Assembly: GCF_004010195.1 (NCBI RefSeq)
Contig: NC_057718.1
Location: 37,194,337-37,258,336, forward strand
From: Chiloscyllium plagiosum
Taxonomy: Eukaryota
Direction: 5' to 3'
Length of the DNA: 64,000 bases
The position numbers and the translations under genes were made by a program. How positions within the stretch are numbered: the stretch's first letter is position 1; every line of letters starts with the position of its first letter. Under the pieces are notes generated by a model. It worked only from the letters and a program-made list of their open reading frames with translations. It was not told the origin of the DNA and searched no databases. Of the stretch, positions 63,781-64,000 are shown one piece after another.

Positions 63781-64000
63781 ACATTGTGTATTTACACACT
63801 CAACTTATCGGGAGCATTGTTTGTCGGTGGCCTGTTTGTTGACTGCACAGTACTTTTCAAATTGTTGGTTGGTTTCAAGTAACTTAGAGGAAACATCACT
63901 TGCAATTACTTCATGTCTTTCACAACCTCAGCAATTCCTAAAGTGCTTTGTGGCTATTTCGATAGGTTTTTTTAAAACAATGGTACTAACCACTATATTA

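Overview
Repeat-rich vertebrate genomic DNA. The HE1-type tRNA-SINEs, HER1/CR1-type LINEs and Penelope-like elements point to an elasmobranch (shark); this is an inference. One host gene is recognisable: the last two coding exons of PKDCC (VLK, secreted tyrosine kinase) on the minus strand at 35786-35959 and 34611-34696. A repeat-free 3'UTR of about 1.35 kb follows and probably ends at an ATTAAA plus GU-rich signal near 33265. I found no upstream PKDCC exon, so 35960-64000 is probably one intron of more than 28 kb (with a 296-N gap), and 1-33200 is downstream intergenic DNA. Almost all listed ORFs are decayed CR1/Penelope fragments or chance ORFs. The most interesting signal is a set of about 10 short Penelope-derived terminal elements from at least three families. 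They carry whole or partial minimal hammerhead ribozyme motifs (CUGANGA-stem II-GAAA-palindromic stem III-UH). They occur as TSD-flanked singles, fold-back pairs, filler in a LINE deletion, and once as a head-to-head pair enclosing an inverted copy of neighbouring unique DNA. There is also an inverted duplication (about 185 bp, 16.5 kb apart) inside the PKDCC intron and a complex CR1 5' junction. All alignments and coordinates were done by eye; repeat boundaries are approximate and family names are from recall, not a database search.
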